DNA from: a virus
Taxonomy: Duplodnaviria > Caudoviricetes
DNA: 57,173 nucleotides
Virus record (IMG/VR): IMGVR_UViG_3300012347_000287
Coordinates: 1-57,173 of that record
Direction: 5' to 3' (one strand)
The first letter of the stretch is position 1. Every line of letters starts with the position of its first letter. Shown here piece after piece: positions 53,285-57,173 of this stretch. Both the position numbers and the translations under genes were made by a program. The notes beneath the pieces were generated by a model. It did not search any database, had not been told where the DNA came from, and was given only the letters and a program-made list of their open reading frames with translations.

Positions 53285-53835
53285 TGTCTAGATTTACTAA
53301 CCACACTGACGGACTTCCTGGTCCACAAGGACCAAAGGGTGATCCTGGAGACGATGCTCTAGGTATTTTAGCAATGCAGTATGGATCTTTCTCTAGCCTA
53401 ATTACCCAAACTGGAACAGTCAATTCTATTCAGCCAGTATCCTGTGAAGTAACAGAATTCAACAAGGGCATTGTTATGGAAAACTCTTCTGGAGGAACAA
53501 CGAATGCTTCTAGAATAAAGATTCTTAATATTGGTAGATACAACATTCAGTTTTCATTACAGGTGCATCAGGGGAATAGCTCTGGAATAGTAAATCTTTG
53601 GCTTCGTAAAAATGGCATAGATGTTCCCAACTCAAATACAAAGTTTGACGTTACAGCAAACAATCCATATTACGTAGCTGCCTGGAACTTCTTTGTTGAG
53701 GCTAATCCGAATGACTATTACGAACTAGTCTGGTCATCTACCAGTGCCCATACCCACATTGAGTATGTAGATACTATTGCTGGGCATCCTGCAGTACCAT
53801 CAGTTATTTTGACAGTTCACCAAATAGGTCTGTAA
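53284..53835 (+). CDS. Short collagen-like protein with C1q/BclA-like head
   Basis: GLPGPQGPKGDPGD; GRYNIQFSLQ...WLRKNG...DYYEL. Confidence 0.65.
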   Translation: MSRFTNHTDGLPGPQGPKGDPGDDALGILAMQYGSFSSLITQTGTVNSIQPVSCEVTEFNKGIVMENSSGGTTNASRIKILNIGRYNIQFSLQVHQGNSSGIVNLWLRKNGIDVPNSNTKFDVTANNPYYVAAWNFFVEANPNDYYELVWSSTSAHTHIEYVDTIAGHPAVPSVILTVHQIGL

Positions 53836-53966
53836 TGACAAAGAACGCATTATACTATAAGTGTCCATGCGGTAATTGGCATCAGATATCTTGGAAGATT
53901 TATAAAAACTTATTAGATAATATATCTGAATGCTACTGCGATAAGATATCTGGTATGATAAACTAA
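53835..53966 (+). CDS. 43-aa Cys-containing protein
   Basis: TAATG coupling; CPCG...CYC. Confidence 0.4.
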   Translation: MTKNALYYKCPCGNWHQISWKIYKNLLDNISECYCDKISGMIN

Positions 53967-53970
53967 GTTA

Positions 53971-54669
53971 ATGGACTTAGTTTATATATGTAGATCTGGT
54001 GACAACGAAGAGCTTAGATACTCTATTCGATCTGCCGTTGCTAACCTACCCCACTCAAAAATCTGGATAGTTGGGGATAAGCCAGACTGGTATGCTGGTA
54101 ATTTTATTCCAGTAAAACAAACAAACAGCAAGTATTCTAATGTAAGAAAAATGCTTGAGGTTATTCAAAACAGTAATGAGATATCTAATAATTTTATTTT
54201 AATGAACGATGACTTCTTTATTATTAATCCAGTTAAGAAGCTAAAGAACTTACATGGTGGATCGCTACTATCTAAGGTGCACCAATACCAGGATTTAGCT
54301 ATGGGGTCTAGCTATACCAGGATGCTAGAGCAAACATACTTCAGGCTGACCAAAATGGGCATAGAGAACCCTTTAGACTACGACATACATGTTCCAATGG
54401 CAATGTCTCGTAAGGGGCTCAGGGAGGCTCTCAAGGGCCAAACACTGTGGAGATCTACATATGGCAATGTCTTCAAGGTTGGTGGCACCAAGATGTCTGA
54501 TGTAAAGGTGTATGCTGATGGACCGCTGAAATATAAAAGCTATGACTTTAACAATCTTAAGTATGATTATCTGTCTACTGATGACAGTTCTTTTGAAATG
54601 GTAAAAGAGGCCCTACTTGAGGACCTCTTTCCAGAACCAACTGTTTACGAACTATACACGAAAGACTGA
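53971..54669 (+). CDS. Stealth-like sugar(-phosphate) transferase
   Basis: MDLVY, ELRYSIRS, PDW and FILMNDDFF motifs. Confidence 0.65.
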   Translation: MDLVYICRSGDNEELRYSIRSAVANLPHSKIWIVGDKPDWYAGNFIPVKQTNSKYSNVRKMLEVIQNSNEISNNFILMNDDFFIINPVKKLKNLHGGSLLSKVHQYQDLAMGSSYTRMLEQTYFRLTKMGIENPLDYDIHVPMAMSRKGLREALKGQTLWRSTYGNVFKVGGTKMSDVKVYADGPLKYKSYDFNNLKYDYLSTDDSSFEMVKEALLEDLFPEPTVYELYTKD

Positions 54670-55623
54670 CTCAATTAGTCTTTTCTCTAAGTCTTCCATC
54701 TGCTCTGCAAATGCTGCAGCAACTTCTTTAGAACGCTTCTTGCCAAGCTTAGAATACTTCTCATAGATCTTTTCATCATCTAGCATTCGGATTGCCTCTA
54801 CATACCCTGCAAGATCGTCTATCTCTGCAAAGATACCAGCATAATCAAGCGATTCCTTTAGACCAGGCGTTGGTGCTGCAATTACTGGGATGCCTGAGCA
54901 AGATGCTTCCATAGCTACCCTACCCCAACTTTCATAAGATGAGGGCATCAGAACAATTCTAGCCTTCTTGTAAACTTCCTGGATGTCTGGAGTGTTATCT
55001 AAGATAGTTACATTGGGCAAATCTTTTTCGTATTCAACCTGATTACCGTATGCACCACGAACACCCAAGAAGTTATACTCTGGCAGGATTCTAGCTAGTT
55101 GCCAAAAAATCCTTCCACCCTTTGCCTCGTTCATGTTGATGAGGGTGATGTATTCCTTGCTAGTCTTAACAGAATATCTCTCTGGAATGGTTGGAGGGTA
55201 TACAACTGTAGATGGAATACCACGCCTAACAGTCTTACGAATCCAATCAGAATTGGCTACAGCCAGGGTAGCTGATCCAGTATCAAATACCTTATTATAG
55301 GCTAACTGCTTATCATTATGCACAAGGTGAACAACAGGCTTCTTGTATCTCTTACCATGCTGAACAGCAAATCTAGTCTTATCTAAATGAGTAATGATAA
55401 GGTTAGACCACTGCAAGACCTCTATTTCTTTTTTGCCATGAATCTCATGCAGTGGGATACCTTCGTATTCATCTGCACCTGGATCTCCAGTAAGAACCTT
55501 TACCTCATGCCCCTTACTAATTAGATCAACAAGTATCTGATGAAGCATTGCTTCTGCACCAGCATTATGATTTGGGAAATAGCCGTGCACGTATGCAGCA
55601 ATCTTTAATTTTTCATCGTTCAT
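54652..55623 (-). CDS. GT-B (GT4-like) glycosyltransferase
   Basis: AGAE N-terminal motif; PSSYESWGRVAMEASCSGIPVI. Confidence 0.9.
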   Translation of the reverse strand: MNDEKLKIAAYVHGYFPNHNAGAEAMLHQILVDLISKGHEVKVLTGDPGADEYEGIPLHEIHGKKEIEVLQWSNLIITHLDKTRFAVQHGKRYKKPVVHLVHNDKQLAYNKVFDTGSATLAVANSDWIRKTVRRGIPSTVVYPPTIPERYSVKTSKEYITLINMNEAKGGRIFWQLARILPEYNFLGVRGAYGNQVEYEKDLPNVTILDNTPDIQEVYKKARIVLMPSSYESWGRVAMEASCSGIPVIAAPTPGLKESLDYAGIFAEIDDLAGYVEAIRMLDDEKIYEKYSKLGKKRSKEVAAAFAEQMEDLEKRLIESVFRV

Positions 55624-55635
55624 TATAATCTCTTT

Positions 55636-56211
55636 CTATATTGCAAAGCTTTTATCTGAGGTTATCCACATTGGAATGGTGTAACGCTCTTCTGGAATTT
55701 CTGGGACCATGTGTCTACCAGTAGTTTGTGACTCAAAGACGATTAGGTCTCCTGCCTTTGGCTTGCAGGTATAGTCCAGGTCCGTGAATATAAGTTCTCC
55801 ACCCTTAGAGAGGGTGTTTAGATATATGATACAACTATACTTAAAGTGTGTATTTACTCCGCCATCAGTGTCTTCATGTATCTCCACCTCTGCCCCTGGA
55901 GTTTGCTTAGCAATCCAAAGAGAACACACATAAAGATCTTCGTGGTCGTTAAAGACTTCTTTTATCTTATTAGTGACATTAGAGAATAACTCTCTAATCT
56001 CTTTCTCTTTATCTTTAACTATCTCGAGAGTCAGGTGCGACCTTTCTTTGTGAAACAGATCTTTACCGAATGAAAGTACTGGCCTCTTGCCCTCATAGAA
56101 CTTAATAAAACTATCATAGTTATTGTCTAACAGGTAATCGTTATAGTCTCTAAAGAATTTCATTTCGTCTTCCGACAAAAAGTTTTCTATCACTTTAATT
56201 TTTGATCTCAT
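55636..56211 (-). CDS. Prolyl-4-hydroxylase-like 2OG-Fe(II) oxygenase
   Basis: HED, IYLN..GGELIF, HMV, ERY. Confidence 0.85.
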   Translation of the reverse strand: MRSKIKVIENFLSEDEMKFFRDYNDYLLDNNYDSFIKFYEGKRPVLSFGKDLFHKERSHLTLEIVKDKEKEIRELFSNVTNKIKEVFNDHEDLYVCSLWIAKQTPGAEVEIHEDTDGGVNTHFKYSCIIYLNTLSKGGELIFTDLDYTCKPKAGDLIVFESQTTGRHMVPEIPEERYTIPMWITSDKSFAI

Positions 56212-57100
56212 TATTACCCTTATCGTTTAAGTATTTAAAGTAGTCAATGCTGCCCATATACGACCAAAAATCTTCTACAGACCTGCGACTGACAATTTTT
56301 GTCTCATTCGCAAACCCGTTTACAATTATATCACTTACAAATTTTCTTTCTAAGTACGGCCAATATTCTGTGTCGCCATGCCACCTAGGACTCTTATCAA
56401 GGAGATGCCTGACAGAATTGTATTCTGAGTCATCGTGAACTACAGGATTGTTTGGTATGGCAAATATGTCCCAGCCAGAAATAAAGGCACAGAAGGAGAG
56501 AAAAGTTTGCTCGCCGTTGGCCCAATGTAAAGAATCATTAAATAAGTTATCTAAGACAAAACGCCTATCTGCAAAAATCATATTGCATATAAACATATTA
56601 ATCTTCACAGGCTTTGATGCAGATATTCTAGTTAGCTTGGACTCTCTAAGCATCCAGTCAAACTCATCATCATCGCCTAATAGGTCTATAAACATGTTGG
56701 GCATCTGTATACTATTTTCTTTGTTGGTAGTCCTAGCAACTGATATAGCAACCCGATCATTATAAACACTAAGGTCCGTAAGTGTTTTAATGAGTCGCTG
56801 ATCCCAGTTTTTTGAGAACACAGTATGCGAATCTATTTGCAGGAAGTAGTCCTGGTCTGTCATTAGCATGGATAGCTCAGATCTTACCTTATAAATTCCT
56901 GGCCTTGTTTTTGGATGATACCTAATGATTTTAACTCTTTCTGAAGAGACAAAGCTTAGGTCTGGCTCTGCAATGCTTTCATACTGCAAGCATAAACCAA
57001 AAAATATCTTATCTGGATATTTTGCATTTTCTATAGCTAACCTCATAGTTTTTGGTAGGCTAGGATCTTCATATGAAGCTATTGAAATAAAAATACTCAT
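56195..57100 (-). CDS. GT60-like (Skp1 hydroxyproline GlcNAc-transferase-like) glycosyltransferase
   Basis: IFISIASYED...A.YP....GLCLQ, YFLQIDSH..F..NWD, GEQ...GWD. Confidence 0.75.
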   Translation of the reverse strand: MSIFISIASYEDPSLPKTMRLAIENAKYPDKIFFGLCLQYESIAEPDLSFVSSERVKIIRYHPKTRPGIYKVRSELSMLMTDQDYFLQIDSHTVFSKNWDQRLIKTLTDLSVYNDRVAISVARTTNKENSIQMPNMFIDLLGDDDEFDWMLRESKLTRISASKPVKINMFICNMIFADRRFVLDNLFNDSLHWANGEQTFLSFCAFISGWDIFAIPNNPVVHDDSEYNSVRHLLDKSPRWHGDTEYWPYLERKFVSDIIVNGFANETKIVSRRSVEDFWSYMGSIDYFKYLNDKGNNEIKN

Positions 57101-57119
57101 GTATATATCCTATCATAAG

Positions 57120-57173
57120 TCCCCCATGAGAGATTCGAACTCCCGACCTGTGGTGTAGAAAACCATTGCTCTT
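57120..57173 (-). tRNA. tRNA-Arg(UCU), 5' end outside window
   Basis: Minus strand GAGC-A-ATGGT-TTTCTAC-ACCAC-AGGTC-GGGAG-TTCGAAT-CTCTC-ATGGGGG-A; no encoded CCA. Confidence 0.85.

Noticed and set aside
57120-57173. Amber suppressor tRNA (CUA) or recoded genome
   Set aside because: Stem pairing centres the loop on UCU, and long genes read normally with TAG, TAA and TGA all used as stops.

Overview
This 57 kb window is part of a large, AT-rich tailed dsDNA phage genome with a siphovirus-type tail. The host is probably an actinobacterium; that is an inference from the DUF2746-like membrane protein, leaderless TGnTATAAT promoters and GACAC boxes. 1-12.8 kb (minus strand): portal, prohead protease/scaffold, major capsid, head-tail connectors, tail tube, two paralogous tail chaperones and the 5' part of the tape measure gene. 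12.8-32 kb (mostly minus): tail fibre and adhesin genes, including two parallel cassettes. Each cassette has a fibre with a shared C-terminal domain, a protein ending in a Hint (intein-like) domain that stops at HNK, a small Cys-rich protein and two 2OG-Fe(II) oxygenase-fold genes. 33-45 kb: an early-type island of small genes driven by a repeated composite regulatory module (convergent TTGACA pair around a GC box, bipartite TTAMGA...CCCC motif, GGCGTGTCG boxes, a fixed-position WTGTC promoter box, DnaA boxes) and several structured non-coding stretches. 45-57 kb: small genes, RtcB plus a metallophosphoesterase, sulfotransferase-like and hydroxylase genes, a prolyl-hydroxylase/GT60/GT4/Stealth-like cluster and a partial tRNA-Arg(UCU). 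No terminase, integrase, reverse transcriptase or CRISPR array is visible. All family calls are from motif recognition by eye, not database searches.
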